From positions 62,001-126,000 of the forward strand of contig OW569387.1 of the NCBI GenBank assembly GCA_937625935.1: 64,000 nucleotides of DNA, given 5' to 3'. The notes beneath the pieces were generated by a model. The model did no database searches. It saw nothing but the letters and a program-made list of their open reading frames with translations, and had not been told where the DNA came from. This document shows positions 45,383 through 57,400 of the stretch, piece by piece; position 1 is the stretch's first letter, and each line of letters begins with the position of its first letter. This DNA comes from Tetramitus jugosus (taxonomy: Eukaryota; Protista; Heterolobosea). A program made the position numbers and the translations under genes.

Positions 45383-47710
45383 ATGTTGCGATCAACCAGT
45401 CAACACCTGAGCCGCACCATCGCCTCCAAGCAACATGATGCACAAATTGCTCTCTCCTCACTCGTTCTCTCCTCCTCTGCTAGCAAGAGAACCATTTGTT
45501 ACAACAGCCACCACAACTTGCAACAAGTGACATCCAAGAGAGGCGCAACAAGGGTCATGATGATCAATAGCAACAACACACAATTGAACAACTCTACTCG
45601 AAGCTTTCACTCAATTGGCTTGACTCAATCATCATCTGCTGCTGCTGTTGCTAAAGAAGAATCATTGTTGTCTCATGAGAATAAACCACTGTTTGACAAG
45701 ATTTTGATTGCCAACAGAGGAGAAATTGCATGCAGAGTGATGAGAACTTGTCAGAAGCTTGGTATTAAGACTGTGGCAGTGTACAGTGAGGCTGATGCCA
45801 AATCGATGCACGTTGCCATGGCTGATGAAGCTTTTTTGATTGGTCCTGCAGAATCGCAAAAGAGTTATCTTCGTGGAGAAAAAATTTTGGAGGTTGCCAA
45901 AAAAACGGGCGCTCAAGCCATTCATCCTGGCTACGGATTTTTGTCGGAGAATGCAAATTTTGCGCGCGAATGTGAAAACGCGGGAATTGTATTTATTGGT
46001 CCACCTGCTACGGCTATCATATCTATGGGATCCAAGAGTGAATCCAAGAAGATTATGGAGGGTGCTAAGGTTCCTGTTGTTCCTGGTTATCACGGTGATG
46101 ATCAAGCAGAGGATAAGCTTTTGGCTGAAGCTAAGAAGATTGGTTTCCCTGTTTTGATCAAGGCTGTCATGGGTGGAGGAGGCAAAGGCATGAGAATTGT
46201 CGCTGCTGAAAAGGAATTTATTGAGCAGTTGCACTCCGCCAAGAGAGAAGCTCTCAATTCATTTGCTGATGATCGTGTGCTCGTTGAGAGATACATTGGC
46301 AAGCCAAGACACGTTGAAATTCAAGTGTTTGCCGACACGTTGGGCAACTGTGTCTACTTGTTTGAGAGAGATTGCAGCGTCCAAAGAAGACATCAAAAGA
46401 TTATTGAAGAAGCTCCTGCTCCAGGTTTGTCCGATGAGGTGAGACGCGCCATGGGTGAATCCGCTGTAGCTGCAGCAAAGGCTGTTGGCTATGTCGGTGC
46501 AGGTACTGTGGAGTTCATTATGGACAACACAGATCAAAAGTATTACTTTATGGAGATGAACACTCGTTTGCAAGTTGAGCACCCTGTAACAGAAATGATT
46601 ACTGGACAGGATTTGGTCGATTGGCAAGTGAGAGTGGCCAGTGGTCACAGATTGCCAAAGTTGCAGAGTGAATTGAAGCCAAACGGTCACTCTTTTGAAG
46701 CTAGAATCTATGCTGAAAATCCTGATAAAGGATTCTTGCCTGGAACTGGAAAGTTAAAGTATTTGAGCCCTCCTGAAGAGTCTGAACATGTCCGTGTTGA
46801 AACAGGTGTGAGACAAGGTGATGAAGTCTCCATTTACTACGATCCAATGATTGCAAAGCTTGTTGTGTGGGGTGAAGACCGTGAAATTGCATTGAAGAAG
46901 CTGAAGAACTGTTTGGACAAGTATCACATTTCTGGTGTGACCACAAACATTGAATTCTTGAAGAGATTGGCCACAAATCAAAAGTTTAGAGAAATTGACT
47001 TGGACACTCATTTCATTGAGAGACACAGAAGTGATTTATTCCCTGAGCGAAAGACTAGCGATGAAATTTATGTTTTGGGAGCCATATCATTGGTCATGAA
47101 CCAACAAGCTGAACTTGAAGTCACACCAAAGACTACTGTGTTCTCCACATTGTCTGGTGTGCACATTAATCACCACAACTCAAAGACCATTGTCTTCCAT
47201 GATGAACACGACGAAGATGTAACTGTTCCAGTTGAGATCACATACTTGTTCGATGGTAACAAGAACAAGAATGTCTTCTCTGTCAAGACCAATGACAAGA
47301 CATTTGAAGTTAAGGCAAGCTACTCACCAGCAACCAACGAGTTAACTACATTCATCAATGGCTCCAAGTATCAGGCTGCATCTGTTGTCAGTGACAACGA
47401 AGTTAATTTATTCACTCGTCAAGGAACTAACCACAAGTTGAAGCCTGTTGTTGTATCAATTGGTGAGTCTGTTGCTGCAGGAAAGGGTTCACTCAAGAGT
47501 CCTATGCCTGGAAAGATTGTCAACGTGAACGTCCAGGTTGGTCATGAAGTCAAGCAAGGAGATACCCTTCTCGAGATGGAAGCCATGAAGATGGTTCACA
47601 AGATTATTGCACCAAAGGACGGAATTGTCAAGAGCCTACCATACAAGAAGGACGACCTCGTGGAAGGTGATGCTGTTCTTGTCGAACTTGATGATTTGCC
47701 AAGCGAGTAA
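45383..47710 (+). CDS. MCCC1: Mitochondrial 3-methylcrotonyl-CoA carboxylase alpha (biotin-containing) subunit
   Basis: KILIANRGEIA, HPGYGFLSEN, GGGGKGMR, ERDCSVQRRHQKIIEEAPAP, EMNTRLQVEHPVTE, biotin motif EAMKM; PVVPGYHG and RIYAE typical of MCC; presequence-like N-terminus. Confidence 0.88.
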   Translation: MLRSTSQHLSRTIASKQHDAQIALSSLVLSSSASKRTICYNSHHNLQQVTSKRGATRVMMINSNNTQLNNSTRSFHSIGLTQSSSAAAVAKEESLLSHENKPLFDKILIANRGEIACRVMRTCQKLGIKTVAVYSEADAKSMHVAMADEAFLIGPAESQKSYLRGEKILEVAKKTGAQAIHPGYGFLSENANFARECENAGIVFIGPPATAIISMGSKSESKKIMEGAKVPVVPGYHGDDQAEDKLLAEAKKIGFPVLIKAVMGGGGKGMRIVAAEKEFIEQLHSAKREALNSFADDRVLVERYIGKPRHVEIQVFADTLGNCVYLFERDCSVQRRHQKIIEEAPAPGLSDEVRRAMGESAVAAAKAVGYVGAGTVEFIMDNTDQKYYFMEMNTRLQVEHPVTEMITGQDLVDWQVRVASGHRLPKLQSELKPNGHSFEARIYAENPDKGFLPGTGKLKYLSPPEESEHVRVETGVRQGDEVSIYYDPMIAKLVVWGEDREIALKKLKNCLDKYHISGVTTNIEFLKRLATNQKFREIDLDTHFIERHRSDLFPERKTSDEIYVLGAISLVMNQQAELEVTPKTTVFSTLSGVHINHHNSKTIVFHDEHDEDVTVPVEITYLFDGNKNKNVFSVKTNDKTFEVKASYSPATNELTTFINGSKYQAASVVSDNEVNLFTRQGTNHKLKPVVVSIGESVAAGKGSLKSPMPGKIVNVNVQVGHEVKQGDTLLEMEAMKMVHKIIAPKDGIVKSLPYKKDDLVEGDAVLVELDDLPSE

Positions 47711-47767
47711 ACTGGATTGTACTAACAAAAGAATAAATGACAAAATTTTCTCGATATTTTACATGAT

Positions 47768-49923
47768 CTAAATCATTAGATCGGCAATGAGAGGTCTGTG
47801 AGATGAAGGTCTTCTTCCATTTTCGCACACCTCATCAAGGACAACAACCTTTTCAACTTTAATCTCGGATGATACCAAAATATAGTCAACTGTTGTTGGT
47901 TTACCAGTTCTTGGCCCAGTTCTCGTACACTGATCAGTCAATCCAACAAAGGTTGCAGCAGAAACAGACTTTTCTGAATCCTCTTCAAAACAAACATCCT
48001 TCTGTTCCACCTGCTCTGCGCTGTTTAACAATTGGAACGATTCATCATCGTCTTCATCGTCTTCGTCATCTTCATCACTGTCTTCTCCATTCTCTTCATC
48101 ACTCTCACCACCACGACGACGATGGCGATTCTTCTTATCCGAGTCATCATCATCCATATCTTCATTATCACTCTCATCAGACTCATCCGCATTCAAATCT
48201 ACACCTCTGGTCAACACAGAGAAACAATTGGACTTTTCAGAACAGTTCAAATCACCCATGACAATCGTGTGTGTCAATGAGGAACTAGAGAAGCCAACAG
48301 CCAAGTTTTCAATGTGTTCTCTCACAACAAAGCTACTGTTTCTTCTTGCAGCAATTCCCTGATCAAACTGAGTGTTAAAAACGAGGAATTCAATCTTTTC
48401 AGACTCAAAAATGGTGTGGAATTTGGCCCAATTGCACAATCTTGGACAAATGGCGTCCCATGATTTGGATCCTGGCTCAGATGGTTCAGAGCTCAACCAG
48501 AAATGACCCTTTTCCAACAACTCAAGCTTCTTCTTGTTGTAAAATATTGGATTGTAACAGCCAAGCCACTCGTTGCGTCCCTTGTCAAACGACTCGGATG
48601 CACCTTGAACACATTCGTACTCTGGACGCTCTGTTGTTGCATCACCTTCCTCAGACTGTGTCAATAGCTGCTTGAGATCGTCGACTTGAGAGGAGAGAGC
48701 TTCTTGAATGGCCACAACATCACAAGCTTGCTTCAACACAATGGAAGCAACCGATCTGCAAAACAAAAAAATTGTAAATGAACAAAAAAAAATGGCGGGT
48801 TAGAATTTTTTGTTTCCTTTTTGGCGCCAACAAACAAAGCGACGCAAAAAAGGCGCCAAAAGCTCACATACTGTTTGCGATGTTTCCATGCATCCAATCC
48901 ATCAAATACAGAGTCCATCCTTATATGAAACGACATGCATCGCAAAGGCTGAATACAAATTCGAACATTCTTGTCCTTTTCTCTCCTCTTTTTCTTTGCT
49001 TTTTGTGGTTGATTCTTTAATGTTGACTGCTGCTGTTGTTGTTGTTGTTCTTGTTGTTGAGCCTGTGGTTGGTTCTGTCTTGGTGATGGAGAGCTATTGT
49101 TCATTCTTGAGGGATTTTGTTGATTGCCAACCAATGATTCATCAAATGCCGTTTCTGATTGTGAAATATTTCCCATGTTATTAGCGTCGTCGTTGTTGTG
49201 GTTGTTGTTGCTACTACTGCTGCTGCTGCCTGATGTGTTTTGAGCTTGTGCAGTAGCTTCTTGATTCAATGAAGCACCAGTCTTCTTTTTGTTCAGAGTG
49301 GATTTACGGTTGCCAATGGTTGCTAGTGGTGTTGTTGTTGTTGTTGTTGTTGTAAAATTGTTTTCGTTGTTAATGTTTGATTGTGTTGTTGATGGAGGAG
49401 ATAATTGTTCTTGTGTCTGTTGTGGTTGTTCTTCTTCTTCTTGTCGATTGAATAAAACTTCTTCTGCTCTCACACTGTGTCAAAAAAACAGAGTGATGAT
49501 TTGACAATAGTAAGAAATAGAGAGATGAGTTGATGTTGTTGTTGTTGTTGATGGTTTGTTTTTCAAATATGATGAAAAAAGTCGCGAGATAATGGTTTCA
49601 AGTTCATGCACAACACAACACAAGTTGTTTAGATAAAAAAACTTCCTTGTTAGCAAACATTGAACACAATATGCAAATTTAGGCAAGTAGAAGAGGTGAA
49701 AATGAGTGGGAAAAGTTGCTCCGGCGTAGTCATTGTTGAGCAACAACTGTTGGGGAGAAATAATTTTTTTGTTGTAAATGGTCGTTTTTGGCGGTTCGAG
49801 GTGTGGAGGTGGAGAACGTGTGCAGTTGCATGTGCTTGTGAGATCTTACCTGTCTTCAAATGATGAAAAATTTTTATCTTCTTTTGTTGTGGTTGTGAAT
49901 GAGTGATGATCCAACGTGTCCAT
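47768..49923 (-). CDS. EEP (endonuclease/exonuclease/phosphatase) family protein with low-complexity N-terminus; intron 48756-48871 and probably 49475-49849
   Basis: DVVAIQE, FWLS, WDAICPR, MGDLN, VDYI, PSSHRP; the GTATGT...CAG intron joins WKHRKQ-SVASIV. The 5' exon is inferred; an internal MGNISQS start is an alternative. Confidence 0.8.
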
Positions 49924-50268
49924 AAGCAATGAGAGTATTCTTTTTCTTCAAGCAAGACGTCGAAGAAATTGAGGTGCCATCATCATGCTCAGAAGAATGA
50001 ATCCGATGTCAAAAACTATTTACAAAAAATTGTGACGTGAGATGCCGAAGGAGAAATACCGAAAAAAACAAAAAAGTTACCGTTAGGTGGACAAAAAACT
50101 TATGAATGTAACGTAACGTTCACCACCGTGTTTCCCTTGGCTTGCGAGGTCAGATGGCACTACGTTGAAGATTGGCAAGTGTCAAGCAATTTCGCTTTTT
50201 GTCACAAAACAAAGTCAGATCACACAAACACATCATATTGTCACTACATCAATCAATTGTTTATATAG

Positions 50269-51135
50269 ATGCCAAAGTTCACTCCGACCAAGGATCAAGA
50301 AAACCAAGCTCCATCATCTCCAGTTGGGTCACCATTGCAGACCTTTAAGAGTCCATCTGCTGTTTTGGCATGTCCAGTCAAAGATATTTCTCCTGCTTCA
50401 ATGCAGAGACTGAAATCAAGCTTGGACAAGAGAGCATCCACTTCACCCAGTGGAATTTCCAAGAGATCTAGCATCGATAAGAGAGCAACACAATCCTCGC
50501 CATCTGTGAGAAAACTCATCAAGATGGTGATGAAGTCGACTCCTTCTTCTGAGAAGAAGTCCGAGTCATCCTTTGTTCAGCCAAAGAGCCCTTATGTGCC
50601 AAGACTTGACACCACAGCATCTCTATGTACAACTTCAACCACCCCAAAGAAGAGAAACATATTCTCGCGCAAGTTGTTCAACCGAAGGAGGAAGAGCACT
50701 GCTCAAACAGAAAATGATTTAACAACTGATATGAGAACAGATCGGAGCTATCTTCCATCAGAGTACTTTGAGACTGAGGACGATGACTTTACTGGCAAGT
50801 CTTACCTGGACTATTCTTCCGGTGAAGAAGAAGGAATGGATGATTTGGTCGATGTGTACGGCATTGACACACCAACTAGATTTACACCAAGAAAGTTGAG
50901 GTTGACTCAAGATTTGTCAAGAAAGCCATCGACACCTCACTTGGACTCAATAAGTAGAAAGGATTCCAAGTTGCATTCATTTTTGAAGAATAGACTCCCA
51001 TCTTTCAGGCTGCCTGAGGAAGCGGAACATGACGTCTCGTCTGTGATACCAGTTTATGACAACTCCGAAATGAGTCTCACTGATGCCATCTTCAAAAATT
51101 ATGAGAGAAGCAAACAAGAGTCCATCACTGATTAA
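50269..51135 (+). CDS. Ser/Pro-rich disordered hypothetical protein with basic NLS-like patches
   Basis: 288-aa ATG ORF, many SP/TP sites, KKRN and RRRK. Confidence 0.7.
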   Translation: MPKFTPTKDQENQAPSSPVGSPLQTFKSPSAVLACPVKDISPASMQRLKSSLDKRASTSPSGISKRSSIDKRATQSSPSVRKLIKMVMKSTPSSEKKSESSFVQPKSPYVPRLDTTASLCTTSTTPKKRNIFSRKLFNRRRKSTAQTENDLTTDMRTDRSYLPSEYFETEDDDFTGKSYLDYSSGEEEGMDDLVDVYGIDTPTRFTPRKLRLTQDLSRKPSTPHLDSISRKDSKLHSFLKNRLPSFRLPEEAEHDVSSVIPVYDNSEMSLTDAIFKNYERSKQESITD

Positions 51136-51254
51136 CAACAAGAATCTTCAACGAGCGTGCCACAGATATGTGGTTTAATGTTTCGCGGCTCTATGTAAGA
51201 ACCGCTTCACTTTTCCTTCCATTAAAATTAGCCTAATTCATAAACTACGGTTTC

Positions 51255-51878
51255 TCATGCGTCAGAGTCATCATCCTCTTCTAACATCTTCTGTTGCTGA
51301 AGTAGTTTTAGTTGAGCAAGAACGTCGCCGCTGAGACTGGAATGCCGAGGAAGATCGGCCACAACTAAAACCGGTCCTCTCTGGTCAGCTTCAGAGTTCA
51401 CAGGTTCTTCGGGGATTACAACCACGTTCGGATTCTCTACAGGAGGTTGAACAAACTGTCTAGACTTTGGTTTCTTTCCTTGCTGACTAGGTTTCCTCTT
51501 GACTGCCATTGAAAGTCGTTTTACCGACCTGCTGTCTTCATTTTCACCTGATTTAGGGCTATGCTCTTCTTCTGTTGTACAAGTGATTTTGTTAATGTCA
51601 ATACTAACATCAGCACCAGATTGCTCGCTCTGTTCGTTTCCACCAATAATTTCTTTCTTATTTTCCTCATTGGCTGTCGAAATCTTCTCTGCCTTTTCAA
51701 CGAATTCCATTTCCTTTTCTTGTTTGGCGTTGGAGTTGTTGATTTGAACATCAGGGGATTGTTTGGTTGTTGCTGAGGGCTTTTCTTTCCTTGACAAAGC
51801 CATCTCGTGGAGGTCTTCAGACTCATCACTAGAAAAACAACAACACAAGCAACAAAATAATCTTGAAACTTTTCCCAT
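51255..51878 (-). CDS. Probably myristoylated/palmitoylated small disordered protein
   Basis: MGKVSRLFCCLCCCFS N-terminus; 207 aa. Confidence 0.7.
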   Translation of the reverse strand: MGKVSRLFCCLCCCFSSDESEDLHEMALSRKEKPSATTKQSPDVQINNSNAKQEKEMEFVEKAEKISTANEENKKEIIGGNEQSEQSGADVSIDINKITCTTEEEHSPKSGENEDSRSVKRLSMAVKRKPSQQGKKPKSRQFVQPPVENPNVVVIPEEPVNSEADQRGPVLVVADLPRHSSLSGDVLAQLKLLQQQKMLEEDDDSDA

Positions 51879-52209
51879 CGTTGTGGATCACTTGCGAATT
51901 GTTTTTCTTTTTGGTCCCAAAATTGTAGAAGATGCAGCAACAGTTCTTTACGGATCTAAGACGGACAAATGCGATGGTTAGATTGCTTTTAGAAGTGTCA
52001 ATCAAGAGATGTCTACAGATGTCTCAACATGAATTAACAAAATGATCAGCAACTGAAATCGAAGCAATTCGAACGTTCGTCTCTTTCTGTGCAAACCATT
52101 CATCAATGTTCCGAAACTCAATTGTATTCAAGGGCATTTCGGCGAATACATTTGGCGCTCTTTTCTGCCAAAGAAAAAACCAGGTATTGAACAACAACAT
52201 ACAAAGCTA

Positions 52210-53406
52210 ATGATCAGATTATCAGAGAGTCAACAGCAGACCAGAGCCTACAAGATCGCTTCTCTTTTGAGTGAATATCAAGAAAATGAGCTAGAGCTAC
52301 AAGAAGAAGAAGACTACAACCAGGAGGAAGCTCCAATAGCCCAAATAAGGGAGATTCCTCATAAACACTGGATCGAGGAGCAGCTCTTTGGCTCTGAACT
52401 CCAGAACAAAGTTAAGTGTATTCTGTTGTATGGACTGAGAGGGAGTGGGAAAGTGTTTTTAACGAAACAGATCGCAGAGGCCCGTTCAACAACAGCTATT
52501 GTTGTGAATCCATACGATGATTGGTTTATGAACAGTGATACCATTGTTCAAGAGCTAACAAGGAGATTGGATGAAATCAAAAAGAAAGCAAGATATCAAG
52601 ATCATACTGTTCTGGTGTTCACAAACTGTGAAGTAGTGTTTAACATGGAAAGATGGGGAGGTTCTCTGATTCATGTAGTCATGAACTTTATCAAAAAAAG
52701 TACTCCCAACCCGTTGTATTGCATCTTCACTTCGAAAGCTCCAGGAATGATCCCAGAGGAAATTATGGACATTTGTGGAGTTCCAGTGTTTGTTCCACCT
52801 CCGAGCGAGCTTGAGAGAAAGGAGTTCTTTCGAAACAAGATCCAAGAGTTGAAAGACAAGTACCACGACGAACTTCTTGATAAGAAAGACACCCAAATTG
52901 TCACCACTGGAGAGGATGATATCTTAGACGATGAATTTCTTACCCATCTGACACACTCAAGTACACGAAGCTCTTTCTTCAGATTATCAACTTATGTTGA
53001 AAAAGTGTTTGATATCGGAGTGAAAACAAGAGGATCCAAGTTGACCTTACCTCGTAGGTGTGATTTTATTAGGGTTGCCAGCTTCATGTTACAAAGAGAA
53101 CCATCGTATTCCAACGAAGAAATCGCCGAAATGATATCATTTGCCCAGAAACACGGACTAGGTACAGATGTATTTAACCTCTTGTACAAGGAAAAGTTAT
53201 CCACTATCTCTCATCGATGGTATCCATCAATTGATACTTACCTTGCAAGAAGACAGGATAGTAAGGGACAATGGCAGGTGTTATGTTCTTGGAGACCCCA
53301 TTGGTTTCCAATACAGGAAATAACTGGACTACCAAAGAGCCTCTTCAAATCACTTCCAGGTATTTCGAAGTTAGTTTTTCGTTTCAAACCGGTGAATATT
53401 CTCTAA
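52210..53406 (+). CDS. Divergent AAA+ domain protein with possible C-terminal chromo-like segment
   Basis: ILLYGLRGSGKVFL Walker A; AAA-like VFVPPPSELERKEFF; degenerate Walker B. Confidence 0.7.
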   Translation: MIRLSESQQQTRAYKIASLLSEYQENELELQEEEDYNQEEAPIAQIREIPHKHWIEEQLFGSELQNKVKCILLYGLRGSGKVFLTKQIAEARSTTAIVVNPYDDWFMNSDTIVQELTRRLDEIKKKARYQDHTVLVFTNCEVVFNMERWGGSLIHVVMNFIKKSTPNPLYCIFTSKAPGMIPEEIMDICGVPVFVPPPSELERKEFFRNKIQELKDKYHDELLDKKDTQIVTTGEDDILDDEFLTHLTHSSTRSSFFRLSTYVEKVFDIGVKTRGSKLTLPRRCDFIRVASFMLQREPSYSNEEIAEMISFAQKHGLGTDVFNLLYKEKLSTISHRWYPSIDTYLARRQDSKGQWQVLCSWRPHWFPIQEITGLPKSLFKSLPGISKLVFRFKPVNIL

Positions 53407-53432
53407 CCACATATTGATCAGATACAACGAGA

Positions 53433-54368
53433 ATGGAGTACAAAGAAAGAGAAGTTGTTCAATTGCTGAACTACTTGCAAAAGTCCCAATTACATTCAGA
53501 TGTAAAGACAGCAGATACAAGTGAAGCACTCTCCAGTGGATCAAAAGTTCCTGAGCCATCAACACCCAATCAAAAATCAGACTGTTCGACTCCGGATAAT
53601 AGTCCTGAATCAGGCACTGAAAATGTTGACAGGAGTCCAGAGGACAACAACCGAAAGAGAAAGAATGACCAGGAGGAAGATCGTCAGATAAAAAGAGGAA
53701 AGTCAGATAGCAACTCGAGATTAAAGAAGAGATGGTACGATACTTACTTTGGATCATTAGCATTCGCGTTGTTCAAAGTGAAGACCTGGATGATAAAAGG
53801 AGATGGTCGAATGCAAGTTTCACTGGAACAAAAGAAGTATGGAGGCTCCGTTTATGATTGGGACATCATCTATTTAGGAATGAAACTCATCTATGATGAA
53901 GTTGTAAACTATACGTGCGGGATTCATGCAGCAAGAAAAGTGATCAAGGTACAAACCATTGAAACGAATTTTTCATGTTGAGTAACTCACTAACTATCAT
54001 GAGAACAGAATCATCCCTTGGTTGGTCCCAAGATTGCAGAATGGAGAAGGACCAGAACTTATGTTGACGATCAACTAAAGAAGTTGTTCCGTGTCACATC
54101 TGTTAAACCACAAGAGGAGTTGGATCAATTTATTGAGGATCATCGAGAATGGAAAATTGAAGAGGAGAATGAACAGATGGAGCTCATCAAATCAAAATTA
54201 AACCAACCTCATACCACCAATAGTCCTACAGTGAACCAGAGCAGTAAGCAGGTTATGGCAGGAATGTGCATCATCAACCCAGTGAAACATACAACAAGAA
54301 GCAATTCAACAGCTAGTACAAGCAGCCAAAACATAGAAGACTTGAACATTTTGTTTGACGAGGAGTAG
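53433..54368 (+). CDS. Hypothetical protein, 2 exons (intron 53949-54008)
   Basis: GTACAA...CACTAAC...CAG intron joins KVIK to NHPLVGPK in frame. Confidence 0.65.
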
Positions 54369-54413
54369 ATGTAGATTACACAAATATTTTTTATACATCA
54401 TCCGTAAACACAC

Positions 54414-57400
54414 TTATTCAATTCCTTGTCTCTTCAACTTGTTTTGACGCAAAAGAGCACCAGATTTCAAGTCCTTAGCCTTTCTATCCAAGACACCTCT
54501 GCCACCACTGTCATCACTGACCTTCTTCTTAGTGTCAGCTGCCTTCTCAAGCAATGCCTTCTCCTTCTCCAATCTGAGTTGTTCCTTCTTAACCTTGGCT
54601 TCCTCAGCCTTCTTCTTCTTCTCTTCCATTTCTTGGATTTGCTTATTCTTCTGATCGGCTTGGACGTACAATTGAATGAATGAGTCAACCTCGAGGAAGA
54701 ACTTATCAGGTTCCTTGAGCATGTCAGTTTCAGGCACGTCAAACAAACCAGCAGTTTCCTTCAAAATCTTAACCATTTCATCCATCCATTCATCAACCTT
54801 GACCATTTGTTCCATTCCCTTGTCATAGAATGGTTGCATGACTTCGACATAGCGATCATCAGGAATTACATCCTTTGTTCTCTTTGCAATGTGTAGCTTA
54901 ATGTTGTTCAGTCCTTCCTTGCAATTCTTGATATCATCTTGAAGAGAACCAACGAGGACTCTGCTAGCAGGCTTACAACTCATCATATCCTCATGGAACG
55001 TATTCACATCAGGATACTTTTCTGCAATAAATGTAGCAATGAACTGCAACAATGATGTCTTACCATCAGCAGACTTTGTATCGTTCAACTTGGCCAATGA
55101 TTGAAGCTTGAAACCATGTTGAATCTTTCTCTTGTTTTGACCGTTCAAGAAATTACCCATGGTCAACACAACAGCCAAGAACTTGTGGAACTTTGCACTC
55201 TTCTTCATCTCCTTGCATGCCATAATCACAGATTGAATATCAGGCGTAATGTTTGACACGAGTGAGTTGAATTTAAGCTTGAATGACCATGTTTGCAATC
55301 TTTCAACCAATCCGTTCATTCCGAACATTGTCTGGAAGAAGATATCAGGCTCTTGAAGCTCATCATCTCCCTCATATTCGTGCACGAGCTGAATTTCTTC
55401 ATCTGTTGGCACAATTTGTTCCAATGTAAGAATATTACCGTCATTGATGGTTGTTTCATCCATGGAGTGAATGGCTTTCTTCAATTGTTCATAGGTGAAG
55501 CCTCTGATGGAACCAATTTGCAGAGAAATCGTATGTGCTCTCTTTGCATCCAACAATGTAATCTTTTCCTTCTTTGGAGGAGCGGCGTCGACTGCTGATG
55601 ATGCGACAACAGCCTTCTTGGTCGTAAACATTTGTTCCACGAATTCAAGATCGATATCATTAATAATCTCATTTGTTTGCTTGGCAATGTTTGCGGTAAT
55701 GAAAATGGACTTGTTCACTGCTTGTTTGTTAATGGCATCAAAATGAATGTTTCTCGTAGGTCCCTTTGGTGCCTTTTGAGGCAATGGAGGCAATCCACCT
55801 CCCATCATACCCATACCCATGCCCATCATACCCATCATTGGAGGACCAGGAGGACCTCCCATACCAGGTGGTGGAGGTGGTCCTCCGCCCATCATTGGAG
55901 GAGGTGGTGGTCCACCCATCATTCCAGGAGGTGGAGGTGGACCGCCCATCATACCTGGTGGTGGAGGTGGACCGCCCATCATTCCAGGAGGTGGAGGAGG
56001 TCCACCCATCATACCTGGTGGAGGTGGAGGACCGCCCATCATCATTGGTGGTGGAGGAGGAGGCGGTCCACCGCCCATCATCATTGGCGGTGGTGGAGGT
56101 GGAGGAGGACCGCCACCCATCATTGGAGGAGGACCGCCACCCATCATTGGAGGAGGAGGTGGAGGAGGACCACCGCCCATCATTGGTGGAGGAGGTGGAG
56201 GTGGAGCAACTGCTGTAGGTGCTGGAGGAGCAGAAGATGGAGCACTGCTGGTTGCAGCAGTAGCGGCCTTACTCTTTAGCTCTTCAATTTCCTTGCTCAA
56301 CTTAGCCTTGTCAGTCTCTAGAAGCTTGACTTGTTGTTCCAGCTTGGTTTTTGCAGCTTCGACTTCGTTCATGCGATCCTTGACCGACTTTACTTCCTTT
56401 TGCAGAGTCAATACTCGCTCAGAGTCATCTGCTGCGGTAGGTGTCGTTGGAGTGTTCGACGACGTGACTGGAGAGGCGTCAACAGATGGGGAAGAAGGCA
56501 CAGAGACGCCACCATTCTTTCTCACATCGTCCAAATCCTTCTTGACCTTCTTCAAATCCGAGGATGCCTTCTTGTACTTGTCCTGCAACTTCTTATTCAC
56601 AACTTCCAACGTCTTGTTCATCTCTTCGATTGTTTCAGACTCGGATTGAATGCCCTTTAGTTTTTTCTCCAACAGTTCCATGAGTTCATCCTTGTCCAAC
56701 ACGACACGCTTCAAATTATCAATCTCAATAATGTGTTGCTTGTGTGTGTCGATACTGGCCTGTCTCTGATTCACCATCTCTCGATTCAACTTGTCAATTG
56801 TCTCTTCCATGTCAGATATCATGGATTGTTGAGTGAGGACACGATCACGCAACTTTAGTTCATTCATTTGGTCATTGCCCTTACCATTCAACACACTATC
56901 AATCAAATTTTCAATCACTCTCCACAAGTGCTCCGAATCAGGCTTGTTGGTCAACATGACCAACTGATTCAAAATGCGCAAAAAGTTGTTCAATTCCACG
57001 TGACCACCCAACTTTGTCATGACATATTTTGTAATGTCCAACGGATCCGTCATATCCACATTCTCATCCACCACAGAGTCATTAATCGACTGCTCATTCA
57101 TCTCTTCTTCGAGAATGTTGAGCTGCGTGATTAAATCTTCGTCCAACTTTGGCAAATTCTTCATGTCACGAATAATTTGCAACAGACCGAGACTGGAGAA
57201 TTGCTGGTGGATAATCGAACGAGTTCCCTCATCGGGACACGATGTCATGAACGCATTGATCAACATGAGCGCATTGGATCGATAATCATCGTCCTTGACT
57301 GCTCTCAACGATTGCACCAAATCAGAAAATCTCAATCGTTCACGCTTCACTAGCTTGTAATGATTCATGGCATCGATCGCAAGCATGAAACCTTCGTCAC

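Noticed and set aside
55632-56649. Long + strand ORFs (poly-Gly, WRRW-rich)
   Set aside because: Antisense shadows of the formin FH1 repeat
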